The notes: a model not told the origin generated them from the letters alone. 64,000 bases of DNA from Octopus sinensis (GCF_006345805.1 NC_043026.1:14921579-14985578), one strand, 5' to 3'; positions 1-12,638 are shown, counted from the stretch's first letter. Made by a program: numbers and translations.

Positions 1-31
1 ACATAGTGGATTCTCTCTCATATTTGTGTGT

Positions 32-74
<43 letters not shown>

Positions 75-103
75 AACATATACATTTTCTGTTTTTATTA
101 CAG

Positions 104-186
104 ATCAAGAAATGAAGCAGAGAAACCTGGATGACTTGATGATTCAACTTGAGAACAAGGATATGGAGTGTCAGAGGATTCAGTTG
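104..186 (+). CDS. Gene 1 (unidentified coiled-coil protein), first visible exon: (D)QEMKQRNLDDLMIQLENKDMECQRIQL
   Basis: Acceptor ttttattacag, donor GTCAGT, phase 1->0. Helical E/K/Q/L-rich peptide. Upstream exons lie outside the window. Confidence 0.8.
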
Positions 187-666
187 GTCAGTGTCTGTCT
201 TTCTGTTTGTCTGTCATGTCTATTTTCCATGCTGGCAAGGGTTGGACAGTCCAGCAGGGTACAAGCGTACAATGAGCTAGGGGACATCCTTGTGCTCCAA
301 AGACAGCTTTGGTGTGGCTTTTACAACTGGATTCTCTTCCTAATGCCAACCACTTTGCAGATTGTATTGGGTGCTTTTTATGTGGCACCAGCATCAGTGA
401 GGTTGCCAAGTCACTTGCAGGACAAGAAAGGAAAAGGGAAAAAGCCCATTTGACTGAATAGGAGGGAATTTGAGGGAGGGAAAGTGACTTTATGCCTGGT
501 GCTAAAGTATGAAGGATGGACAGGCATGGTTGTGTAGATATGGAGGTGATACATGGCAACCCCATATTATATAAGGATGGGTCAATGATAGCAGTGATGA
601 GATCCCAAAAAGGATCCCAAAAAGTGAACATATATGTATGTATATATATATGTATATATATGTATA

Positions 667-890
667 TATATGCCCGAAGTCAGAACGCCATGATAGATCG
701 TTAGCTCCTACATGCATTTTTTTCTTTCCTTGTTTTTTTCTGTGTATCTTTCTGTCGAAGAGCGTAGGCTCGAAACGTAAAAGACTTGTTCAATTTCTAT
801 TCCTGAGCGCCATACTAATACATTTGTTTGTTTGTACTCCACCTGCCTTCGTCTTTTGTTTATTTTATTTTCGTAAACCTTCCCGTTATA
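667..890 (+). mobile_element. Non-coding hammerhead-bearing repeat (Penelope pLTR-like). Relatives at 52015-52616 (split by a SINE), 11800-12260 (minus-strand tails) and 50381-50560
   Basis: High identity between 667-890 and 52015-52190 plus 52583-52616, and it carries a minimal hammerhead. Confidence 0.6.
747..784 (+). ncRNA. Minimal hammerhead-like motif with core variant CUGUCGA
   Basis: TCTTT-CTGTCGA-A-GAGC(GTAG)GCTC-GAAA-CG-TA-AAAGA. 5-bp stem I, 4-bp stem II, palindromic ACGU in place of stem III. Confidence 0.55.
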
Positions 891-987
891 TATATATGTA
901 TGTATATATATATATATATATATATATACGTATATATATACATATATATGTATATATATATGTATATATATATATATGTATGTATAT

Positions 988-1020
<33 letters not shown>

Positions 1021-1261
1021 TATATATACTAAGCAATATAGGATGAAGTCCCTTACTCTACAGCCAAGGAATTCATCAGGAAGCGTGGGCAGTATATTTA
1101 AAAAAAAACCGTTACGGTTGCAATAACATCATATAATTAAGGGCTAAAGAGGGTTATTCTAAAGCCAAATACACTGTTTTATCCACTTATAATCCGCTTG
1201 TTACAGGAAATTGAAACTGAAAACGGGCAACTAACCTTTAGAAAATTTAAATTTCGTTATC

Positions 1262-1321
1262 TCTATATTGATCAATTTCGGACTTAATCATATAAAAAAG
1301 ATATATTCCTTCTTCAGTAGA
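1262..1321 (-). ncRNA. Type I hammerhead motif, left arm of the palindrome
   Basis: Minus strand: TCTA-CTGAAGA-A-GGA...TCC-GAAA-TTGATCAA-TA-TAGA. Palindromic AUUGAUCAAU helix III, AUA triplet. Confidence 0.65.
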
Positions 1322-1853
1322 AATTTCGATGGGATATAAATAAAATACTCAACGTATGATCATGGAAAAAGCACAAGCTAAAAACATAACTACACTTGAG
1401 TACATCATTTATATCTAAAAATAAAAATTCTTGGGTCAGCCTCAGAAAACAACGTCCAGACCTTTCGCCGCTACAAATTGTAATGGTTACCAGTCCTCCT
1501 GTAGCAAGCATCGAGTTTACTACTAAGCAATATAGGATGAAGTCCCTTACTCTACAGCCAAGGAATTCATCAGGAAGCGTGGGCAGTATACTGCCCACGC
1601 TTCCTGATGAATTCCTTGGCTGTAGAGTAAGGGACTTCATCCTATATTGCTTAGTAGTAAACTCGATGCTTGCTACAGGAGGACTGGTAACCATTACAAT
1701 TTGTAGCGGCGAAAGGTCTGGACGTTGTTTTCTGAGGCTGACCAAAGAATTTTTATTTTAGATATAAATGATGTACTCAAGTGTAGTTATGTGTTTTAGC
1801 TGTGCTTTTTCCATGATCATACGTGAGTATTTTATTTATATCCCATCGAAATT

Positions 1854-1915
1854 TCTACTGAAGAAGGAATATATCTTTTTTTATATGATTAAGTCCGAAA
1901 TTGATTCAATATAGA
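1854..1915 (+). ncRNA. Type I hammerhead motif, right arm of the palindrome
   Basis: TCTA-CTGAAGA-A-GGA...TCC-GAAA-TTGATTCAA-TA-TAGA, with one extra T relative to the left arm. Confidence 0.6.
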
Positions 1916-2046
1916 GATAACGAAATTTAAATTTTCTAAAGGTTAGTTTCCGTTTTCAGTTTCAATTTTCCTGTAACAAGCGGATTATAAGTGGATAAAA
2001 CATGTATTTGGCTTTAGAATAACCCTCTTTAGCCCTTAATTATATG

Positions 2047-2112
<66 letters not shown>

Positions 2113-2179
2113 TATATATATGTATGTATGTTATGTATGTAATGTGTGTATCTACTTTTCTGTATTGTTACTTTCTCAG

Positions 2180-2380
2180 GAGAGTGAGGGAAGAACGAAA
2201 GAGCTGCAGGAACAAATTGTCCAGAAGGACCGACTTATGAGTGACCTTAAACAGACCGTCTCTCATCTCTGCTCTAAACTGACCAACAGCTGTTTTAACA
2301 ATGAGACCAACAGCAACAACAACAACAACAACAGTATAGCTTCTTCTCGCTCCATCCATTCATTGCTGCAGGAAAACAAG
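2180..2380 (+). CDS. Gene 1 exon: ESEGRTKELQEQIVQKDRLMSDLKQ...SLLQENK
   Basis: Acceptor ctttctcag, donor AAG|GTGAGT, 201 nt, phase 0->0, open frame with coiled-coil periodicity. Confidence 0.85.
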
Positions 2381-2454
2381 GTGAGTTGAGGAACTTGTCA
2401 TCGGCATTCTTCTGTTTCTTTGCTTGTCGTTTCTGACTATTTCTGAAATAGTTG

Positions 2455-2960
2455 GGCTTTGGTTATGGTGGTGATGGTGGTGATGGTGGTGGTGGTGGTG
2501 GTGGTGGTGGTTGTGCTGGAGGTGGTGGTTATGGTGTTGGTGGTAGTGGTGGTTATGGTGGTGCTGCTGCTGGTAGTGGTGGTGGTGGTGGTGGTGGTGG
2601 TGATGGTAGTGGTTGTGGTGGAGGTGGATGTTATGGTGGTTATGGTGTTGGTGGTAGTGGTGGTGCTGCTGGTAGTGGTGTTGGTGGTAGTGGTGGTGCT
2701 GCTGGTAGTGGTGCTGGTGCTGGTGGTGGTGGTGGTGGTGATGGTGGTGGTTGTGGTGGAGGTGGATGTTATGGTGGTTATGGTGTTGGTGGTGGTGGTA
2801 GTGGTTGTGGTGGAGGTGGATGTTATGGTGGTGGTTGTAGTGTTGGTGCTGGTGGGGCTTTTGGTGGAGGTGGTGATCATTGTGGTGTTGGTGCTTGTAG
2901 TGTGGCAGTGGTTGAGGTGGTAGTTCTAGTGGTTGTGGTTGTAGTGGTTGTGGTGATGGT
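2455..2960. repeat. Degenerate (GGT)n tract
   Basis: Direct inspection. Confidence 0.95.
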
Positions 2961-3197
2961 GGTAGTGGTGGCTATGGTGTTGGCACTGAAAAATGCTTTT
3001 GTGCGTTCCCAGAGAATATTACCCTCAGCGAAGCTAGTGTTGGTATATTTGTGAATAAGCCACCAACTGAAATAAGTGGATCTATTGTTTAGGAGAATAC
3101 TATTTACTTGTTTAAGCCTTGTACTGTATAAACTGAGAAAATAACCAAAATAGTTCAAGTACGAAGAAATAAGTATCCTTAATTTCATTTTTTCCAA

Positions 3198-3694
3198 ATA
3201 ATTTACGTAGGAGGCGAGGGGTTATTTCCCTTGGAAGTTTAAAATTATTTTATGACGGAAGCAATGGGTTATTTCCCTTGGAAGCTTAAAAATAATTTAC
3301 GACGAAGGCAATGGGTTATTTTCCCTTGGAAGCTTAAAAATAATTATTGATGGAGGCAATGGGTTATTTCCCTTGGAAGCTTAAAAATAATTTGACGGAG
3401 GCAATGGGTTATTTCCCTTGGAAGCTTAAAAATAATTTATGACAGAGGCAATGGGTTATTTCCCTTGGAACCTGAAAAGTAATTACGCCCGCTGTTCAAC
3501 TGCGCCCAAATGTTATTCCTCCTGCCGTTTACCCAAACATTTTTTCTAAATTAATTTATACTTAAAACCTCCCCAGATATATAAATAATGTGTGTGTGAA
3601 GTTTAAGAAAAATCGGTCAAGCTGTTTTGATGCAAAATGAGGACATACTGATACACACACACACAGAGACATTTTCAGTTTTAATATGTAAGAT
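3198..3694 (+). mobile_element. Helentron/DINE-like non-autonomous element with six internal 47-bp tandem units
   Basis: GGGTTATTTCCCTTGGAAG recurs at about 3219, 3266, 3313, 3361, 3406 and 3453. The 3' end has (CA)n then ...ttttaatatgtaagat, like 52876-53190. Confidence 0.5.
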
Positions 3695-4259
3695 TATTAT
3701 TCTATCTATCTATCTTGGTTTAGTGGTATGGAATTAAGGTGGCGAGCTGGCAGAAATGTTAGCATGCCAGGCGAAATGCCTAGCGGTATTTCGTCTGCGA
3801 TTACGTTCTGAGTTCAAATTCCGCCGAGGTAGACTTTGCCTTTCATCCTTTCGGGGTCGATAAATTAAGTACCAGTTACACACTGTGGTCGATGTAATTG
3901 ACTTAATCCGTTTATCTGTCCTTGTTTGTCCCCTCTGTGTTTAACCCCTTGTGGGTAATAAAGAAATAGGTATGGAATGTTCTTCTGGTTTTCTTTTATT
4001 CTTTTACTTGTTTTAGTCATTTGACGGTGGCCATACTGGAGCACCACCTTTTTGCCAAAGAAATCAACCCCTGGATTTATTCCCTGTAAGCCTGGTGCTT
4101 ATTCTCTCTGACTCTTCTACCGAACAGCTTAGTTACAAGAACACAAACAAACCAACATCGGTTGTCAAACAATGGTGGAAACAACAAACAAAGGCACAAA
4201 CATTATTATATTATTATTATTGTTGCTGTTGTTATTATTTTGCCTCTCACTCGTTTCAG

Positions 4260-4326
4260 GACTCCATGTTAGATCTATCTGAGAAGATTCAGACAAAACA
4301 ATTGAGTTATGAAGAAGCTTTAACAG
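4260..4326 (+). CDS. Gene 1 exon: DSMLDLSEKIQTKQLSYEEALT
   Basis: Acceptor cgtttcag, donor CAG|GTGAGA, phase 0->1, matching the next exon. Confidence 0.8.
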
Positions 4327-4365
4327 GTGAGAAACTCCTACGACCATTCCTCTGCATACACATTT

Positions 4366-4576
4366 ACTCTTTTCAGTCATTTGACTGTGGCCATGCTGGA
4401 GCACCGCCTTTAGTTGAGCAACTCGACCCCGGGACTTATTCTTTGTAAGCCCAGTACTTATTCTATCGGTCTATTTTGCCGAACCGCTAAGTGACGGGCA
4501 TGTAAACACACCAGCATCGGTTGTCAAGCAATGCTAGGGGGACAAACACAGACACACAAACATATACACACACATA

Positions 4577-4610
<34 letters not shown>

Positions 4611-4773
4611 TATGACAGGCTTCTTTCAGTTTCCGTCTACCAAATCCACTCACAAGGCATTGGTTGGCCCGGGGCTATAGCAGAAGACACTTGCCCAAGG
4701 TTCCACACAGTGGGACTGAACCCGGAACCATGTGGTTGGTAAGCAAGCTACTTACCACACAGCCACTCCTGTG
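4366..4773 (-). mobile_element. SINE family A (tRNA-like head, CORE-like GGCACCTTGGGCAAGTG segment, internal (TA)n(TG)n). More than 20 copies in the window
   Basis: Near-identical copies at e.g. 13240-13630, 19773-20110, 26797-27200, 31255-31650, 34385-34822, 38318-38710, 41318-41752, 52192-52582, 59873-60270 and 63180-63500. Confidence 0.85.
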
Positions 4774-5089
4774 CTATCATTCTTCTACATTCTTTGTAGC
4801 AGTTTTCCTTCAGTCCCCACCCACACCACCTCGCCTATCTTTCTCTCCTCGCCCTTCTCTTCCTCTCTCCTCCCCCTCCTTTACGAAATCTACATTCTGA
4901 CACAAATTGAAGAATCATTACTATTTAGGTGCAGGAGTGGCTGTGTGGTAAGTAGCTTGCTTACGAACCACATAGTCCCAGGTTCAGTCCTGTTGCATAG
5001 CACCTTGGGCAAGTGTCTTCTACTATAGCCTCAGACCAACCAAAGCCTTGTGACTGGATTTTGTAGATGGAAACTGAAAGAAGCCTGTC

Positions 5090-5132
<43 letters not shown>

Positions 5133-5645
5133 AAATATTAGAAAAAAACCCACCTTTTATCAATTCAAAATGAATAATTAAATTACACCATCTAGAAAAT
5201 TACATATAATAGAAAAGTTAAATTTAAAATAACAATAAAATGTAAAGATTAAGTAAATTGCAAAAATAATAAAATAATAATAATAAAATAATTATAAATA
5301 ATAATTATAATAAATAAAAAAAAAAATAATAATAAAAAAAAAAAATAATAATAATAAATATATATCATTATCGTCATTGTTAAATGTCCACCTTCCATGC
5401 TGGCATGGGTTAGATGGTTTGACTGAGGGCTGGCAAACCAGAAGGCTGCACCAGGGTCCAGTCTGGTCTGGCAAAGTTTCTACAGCTGGATGCCTTTTTC
5501 TAACGCCAACCACAACCACTCAGAGTGTAGTGGGTGCTTTTTATGTGCCACCGGCACGAGGGCCAGTCAGGCAGTATTGGCTTCAGCCAGTCCATCTCAT
5601 TAGGGAGGAAGTCTGCTTAGATGAGATGCAGTTCGATTTTGTGCT

Positions 5646-5672
5646 GGGTTAGGGTTAGGGTTAGGGTTAGGG
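5646..5672 (+). repeat. Interstitial telomeric repeat GGG(TTAGGG)4
   Basis: Four perfect TTAGGG units. Confidence 0.8.
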
Positions 5673-5919
5673 CATTAGGAAGGGCATCAGGCTGTAGAAG
5701 CACTGCCAGATCAGACTGGAGCCTGGTGCAGACCCTCTGTTGTTGATGTTGAAATGCCAATGAAGGAGCCTTGGATCTAAGTTAGAAACCGGTTCTTTCT
5801 CTATTGGCCAGAAATCTTGAAATAAAACTGAACAGTGACATACATACACCACCATCAATCACTACTACTACTTCTACTACTACAGTACTTGCATCCCCAC
5901 TACATTTCTATCTCTTCAG

Positions 5920-6026
5920 CTGCCCACACAGACCACCAGAGCCAGCTAGAGAAACTGCAGTCTGTGCACCAGGAAGAAGTTGAATGTTTGCAGCAGGAAC
6001 ACAGCAACAGCATCGAAGCCATGATG
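5920..6026 (+). CDS. Gene 1 exon: (A)AHTDHQSQLEKLQSVHQEEVECLQQEHSNSIEAMM
   Basis: Acceptor tctcttcag, donor GTCAGT, phase 1->0. Confidence 0.85.
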
Positions 6027-6760
6027 GTCAGTCTGTCTGTCTGTCTCTTTCTATCTCTTCCTGTGTCTGTGTGTCTCTGTGACCAATGAGAGAATCGGGG
6101 CACAATCTTTGAAGAATTTTCAACCAAATCAATTGACCTCAGAGCTTAATCATTTGTTTTTATCACTCTCTTTTGCTGAATTGACTAGAAGCAGAAATAC
6201 AAACACACATAGGTGTGTGTGTGTGTGTGTGTGTGTGTAAGGAACATTCGCAGTGACTTTCTCATCAGCTGGTTTCCAAGATGTCATAGTGGTTTCATGC
6301 TATTTAAACCAAGACCACTGTTATCTAATGGGAGCATACACACACACACACACACACACATACATGACAGGCTTTTTCCAGTTTCTGTCTACCAAATCCA
6401 CCTACATGTCTTTACTCAGACTGGGGCTATAGTAGAAGACACTTGCCCAGGACCATGTGGTTTGGATGCAAGCTTCTTACCACACAGTGACACCTGTGCT
6501 TTGTCTTTCTTGTATATAAATGAAAGACCAGGTATGAATCAAGGTCATTACATAATTCCATATTCTTTTATTGTAGTAAATTTGCCTTACAGCTGTTTCC
6601 AATAACCATTCTTGGTTCGCTCAGAAACAGCTGTAAGACAAATTTACAAGAAACAAAAGAATATATAAAAACCACCAGCATCGGTTGTCAAGCGATGTTG
6701 GGGGGACAAACACAGACACACAAACACATACACATACACATACATATATATATACAATAT

Positions 6761-6791
<31 letters not shown>

Positions 6792-6827
6792 GATTATATA
6801 TATATACTACATATATATATACATAGG

Positions 6828-6859
<32 letters not shown>

Positions 6860-6893
6860 TATACATATGTATATATATATATATATACATATG

Positions 6894-6930
<37 letters not shown>

Positions 6931-7084
6931 CATATATATATACATACATATATATAATATATATACATATATATACATACATATATATTATATATTACCT
7001 ATATATATATATATATATATAATTATATATATATATATATATACATATATATTACATATATATATATACATACATATATATATA

Positions 7085-7135
<51 letters not shown>

Positions 7136-7513
7136 GACAGGCTTCTTTCAGTTTCCGTCTACCAAATCCACACCAAGGCTTTGGTCGGCCCGAGGCTAAT
7201 AGAGGACACTTGTGCAAGGTGCCACGCAGTGGGCCTGAACCCGGAACCATGTGGTTGGTAAGCAAGCTACATAGCACACAGCGACTCCTACGTCCATGTG
7301 TACCTTTAATGTAGTTATCAGAGAGATATTTTATGAGACAGAATGTGAAAAGGCCAACACATTTTTGTCAGCTGAGTGGACTGGAGCAAGGTGAAGTAAA
7401 GTATCTTGCTCCAGGACACAACGCATTGCCAGGAATTGAACTCGTGACATTATGATTGCTGGGCAAACATCTTAACCACTAAGCCATGTATCTTCACATC
7501 ATTTATATAGAAA

Positions 7514-7553
<40 letters not shown>

Positions 7554-7938
7554 TCCCCCACCACTTTCTCACAACCGGTGTTGGTGTGTTTACACATGGT
7601 CCTGACTTAGCAGTTCAATAAAAATACTTTGATAAAATAAGAATGAAGTTTTTAAAAAAATGTGTCAGGGGACGGACTTGTTCTACTGAACCCTTTAAAG
7701 CGCAGCCCAATGATTCAAACAAGTACTATATGTATATATATGAGTGTGTGTGTATATTTAGGGCTAAAAACCACTATGTGGACAGCCGTATGCTAGAAAT
7801 AGATCACATACAATCAAACTACAAAGGTGTGTATGTGTGTGTGTATACATATATACACAAACACACTCACACATACACACACATATATGTATCTGTGTGT
7901 ATGTGTATATATAAATATATATATACACACATATATAT

Positions 7939-7982
<44 letters not shown>

Positions 7983-7991
7983 CGTGTGTGT

Positions 7992-8312
7992 GGAGGCACA
8001 ATGGCCTAGTGGTTAGGGCAGCGGACTCGCGGTCGTAGGATCGCGGTTTCGATTCCCAGACCGGGCTTTGTGAGTGTTTATTGAGCAAAAACACTTAAAA
8101 AGCTCCACGAGGCTCCGGCAGGGGGGTGGTGATCCCTGCTGTACTCTTTCACCACTCTTTCTCCCACTCTTTCTCCCACTCTTTCTTCTGTTGGCCTGCT
8201 TGCTTAGCCAGCAGGGTGAGGTCATTCGAAGGCTAAAAAACAATACGAACGCATTGTGACCAGCGATGTGTAACTACATCTGATGGACTGGTCGGTCACG
8301 TGATCACTTGAT
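7992..8312 (+). mobile_element. SINE family B (tRNA-derived head with A/B boxes)
   Basis: TGGCCTAGTGG A-box and GGTTTCGATTCCC B-box. Copies at 12663-12950, 27870-28112 (-), 42648-42878 and 46436-46737. Confidence 0.85.
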
Positions 8313-8420
8313 ATATATAAATATATATATATATACATACATACATATATATACATACATTTATATGTTTATATATGTATATATTTATGCATATATATAC
8401 AGTATGTATATGGGTGTGTG

Positions 8421-8463
<43 letters not shown>

Positions 8464-8689
8464 GTATGCACACACACATATACAGTATGTATGTGTGTGT
8501 GTGTGTATATATATAATATATATTTATGTATGCACACACACGCACATACATATATATATATATCCACTCACGCACATACACACCCACCCCCCCTACCCAC
8601 CCAGATCAATTACCAGACTCTTTGATAAGAAAGTGGTCGAACCACAACAGACGGCCATCACCAAGACCACCGAATGTACACGCAACACA

Positions 8690-8806
8690 CCACCACCACA
8701 ACCACCGCCACCACCACTACCACCGCCACCACCACCGCTACCACCGCCACCACCACCTTCATTGTAAAGTACATCTACATCAATCATCACCCCTACCCCA
8801 CCCACA

Positions 8807-8837
<31 letters not shown>

Positions 8838-8975
8838 TCATTGTCACAACCACCAGCAATAGTACCACCACTGCCACCACTACCACCCTCACTGTCATCA
8901 TCATCATCATCATCATCATTCATCATCACCATCATCATCACCACCGCCACCACCACCACCACCACCACCACCATC

Positions 8976-9039
<64 letters not shown>

Positions 9040-9227
9040 TCATCATTCATCATCATCATCATCATCATCATCATTCATCATCACCATCATCATCACCACC
9101 ACCACCATCATCATCATCATCACCGCCACCACCACCACCATCATCACCATCACACCATCATCATCATCATCATCATCATCATTCATCATCATCATCATCA
9201 TCATCATCATTCATCATCACCACCATC

Positions 9228-9258
<31 letters not shown>

Positions 9259-9411
9259 CCGCCACCACCACCACCATCATCACCATCACCATCATCATCA
9301 TCATCATCATCACCACCCCGCCACCACACCACCAATCACCACCATCACACCATCACCATCATCATCATCATCACCATCACACCCATCACCATCACCACCA
9401 TCACCACCATC

Positions 9412-9445
<34 letters not shown>

Positions 9446-9464
9446 CCACCACCACCACCATCAT

Positions 9465-9514
<50 letters not shown>

Positions 9515-9662
9515 CCACCGCCACCACCACCACCACCATCACCATCATCATCATCATCATCATCATTCATCATCACCATCATCATCACCACCGCCACCAC
9601 CACCACCACCACCACCACCATCACCATCATCATCATCATCATCATCACCATCATCACCATCA

Positions 9663-9695
<33 letters not shown>
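8690..9695. repeat. Compound (CAT)n/(CAC)n tract, about 1 kb
   Basis: Direct inspection. Confidence 0.95.
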
Positions 9696-9697
<2 letters not shown>

Positions 9698-9808
9698 CTA
9701 CTGCTCAACTCTAATCCTCCTCTTACTTCTCCTCTCCCCCTGCTCCCCCCTTCTCTATGTTGCTGTCGGTGCACTTGCAGCTGGTGCAGTTATTCTCTCT
9801 TTCTTTCC

Positions 9809-9845
<37 letters not shown>

Positions 9846-9910
9846 GTCTACACACACACACCCTTGTATACACCCATATAGTTATCATACAGAAGTCTCC
9901 CTTGTTGGCT

Positions 9911-9955
<45 letters not shown>

Positions 9956-10103
9956 ATATACATATATACATATATATACATATATACAAACACACATATA
10001 TATACATATATATATACATATATACACACATAAGACACGAGGATGTGATTTGTGAAAATAAACTCATACCAAACAGAGACATGTGTGTGTGTGTGTGTAT
10101 ACG

Positions 10104-10144
<41 letters not shown>

Positions 10145-10156
10145 GTTTATATATAA

Positions 10157-10187
<31 letters not shown>

Positions 10188-10268
10188 AGATGTTATATAT
10201 ATATATACTACATATGAATGTGTATATGTACATATTTATATATATATGTATATATGAATGTGTATATT

Positions 10269-10300
<32 letters not shown>

Positions 10301-10374
10301 GATAGATAGATAGATAGATAGATAGATTGATAGACAGATAGGAAAAAAAAATGTTAATATAGATGTATGTATGT

Positions 10375-11285
10375 GTACACACACACATACACACACCTAC
10401 ACACCTACACATACACACACCAACACACCTACACATACACACACCAACACATACACACATACACACACCAACACATATACACATACACACACACACCTAC
10501 ATACACACATACACACACCAACACATATACACATACACACACACACCTACATACACACACACACCTGCACACACCTACACATACACACACACACCTACAC
10601 ACACCAACACATATACACACACACACACACACCTACACATACACACACACACCTGCACACACCTACACATACACACACACACCTACACACACACACACCT
10701 ACACATACACACACACACACCTACACATACACACACACACCTGCACACACATGCACACACACACACACACACCTACACATACACACCTACACACACACAC
10801 CTACACATACACACACACACCTGCACACACCTACACATACACACACACACACCTACATACACACACACACCTACACACACATGCACACATACACACACAC
10901 ACCTACACATACACACCTACACGTACACACATACACACACACACCTGCACACACCTACACATACACACACACACACCTACATACACACACACCTACACAC
11001 ACACACACCTACACATACACACACACACACCTGCACACACCTACACATACACACACACACACCTACATACACACACACCTACACGTACACACCTACACAC
11101 ACACACACACACCTACACATACACACACACCTACACGTACACACATACACACACACACCTGCACACACCTACACATACACACACACACCTGCACACACAT
11201 GCACACATACACACACACACCTACACATACACACACACACCTACATACACACACACACCTACACACACACACACACACACACCTA
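10375..11285. repeat. CA-rich cryptic minisatellite (CACACCTACACATACA-like units)
   Basis: Direct inspection. Confidence 0.9.
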
Positions 11286-11728
11286 CATTTATCTGGTTTC
11301 TCCCTCCATCATTATTTCCTGCATGTTGTGGTCAAGTAGCAGCAGCTGCAGTGTTGTTGCTGTTGCTCTTGTTGTTGGTGGTGGTGGTCGTGGTAGGTAA
11401 TCATTTCTAGAAAATTCCAGGTGGGAATTATACATAAAAATGAGACGATTAAAGGTGAGTGCCGTTGTTGTTGTTGCAATTGTTGTTTAACCCATGGCTA
11501 GCCTTCACCTGACTGGCCTGTAACCATATGTTCCAACCATGACCATCCTCTATCTTTCCTTTTGCCAGTGGAAACAGGACATCATTATACAATGTGTTAC
11601 TTATAGAAGAGTAAGGCATAATTTGAGGGAGATTTGACTGCTATTTCTACCAGATTTAAAGCTGTTATTTTGAGGCTTCCCTCAATAATTTAGACATACA
11701 TATATACATGCGTATATATATATATATA

Positions 11729-11780
<52 letters not shown>

Positions 11781-12249
11781 ATGCTTGTATATATATATAT
11801 ATATATTGTCAATGTGTCATGTATTTATCTCAATGTTAATATATATATATGTGTGTGCTTGTATATGTATGTATATATATATATATATATACATAGGAGG
11901 AGAGTTTATGAAAAAAAACAAAAGACGAAGACAGGTGTGTAGAAAACAAACAGATGTTATTAGTATATATATATAATATATTATATATTGTCAATGCGTC
12001 ATGTATTTATCTCAATGTTAATATATATATATGTGTGGTGCTTGTATATGTATGTATATATTATATGTAATATATATTATATCACATAGGAGGAGAGTTT
12101 ATGAAAAAAACAAAAGACGAAGACAGGTGGTGTAGAAAACAAACAGATGTATTAGTATATAGATATATATATATATATATATATGTCAATGCGTCATGTA
12201 TTTATCTGAATGTTTAATATATATATATGTGTGTGTGTGCTTGTATATG

Positions 12250-12319
<70 letters not shown>

Positions 12320-12428
12320 ATTTAGATAGATAGATAGATAGACAGTTTGTGCCATTTATTTCATGGGCTCCTCGTGAGCGTTTGTCGAAAAGCTTGCTGT
12401 GTATTTTGTTGGAGAATTAAGTTCCTGG

Positions 12429-12514
12429 ATTTTCCCTGAAGAGAAGGCTGCAAAATGGACTCTTATTCAATCCGAATTAGGGACTTGCAGCCTTCGAAAA
12501 CATATGTAGAAAAT
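12429..12514 (+). ncRNA. Type I hammerhead motif with a perfect 11-bp stem II
   Basis: ATTTTC(C)-CTGAAGA-GAAGGCTGCAA...TTGCAGCCTTC-GAAA(A)-CATATG-TA-GAAAAT. Two +1 homopolymer deviations from ideal. Confidence 0.65.
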
Positions 12515-12598
12515 AATATAAAGGAATTTTGTTAATCTTCGTTCATTCCATTTCTTCCTACACTTTATATATATATATATATATATACATACATACAT

Positions 12599-12638
<40 letters not shown>

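Larger units (their letters stand above)
1126..2050. repeat. 925-bp near-perfect palindrome with no spacer (centre 1588/1589), one hammerhead per arm
   Basis: The arms are reverse complements centred on GGCAGTA|TACTGCC. 1027-1096 is a direct copy of 1521-1590. Confidence 0.9.

Noticed and set aside
1600-1660. Hammerhead at CTGATGA 1604 (also 36621, 51892 and 62701)
   Set aside because: No GAAA-helix III-UH follows in a compatible position. At 1604 the GATGAA instead pairs with a downstream TTCATC.
7992-8070. tRNA gene at the SINE B and SINE A heads
   Set aside because: A/B boxes are present but there is no complete cloverleaf, and each continues into a repeated SINE body.
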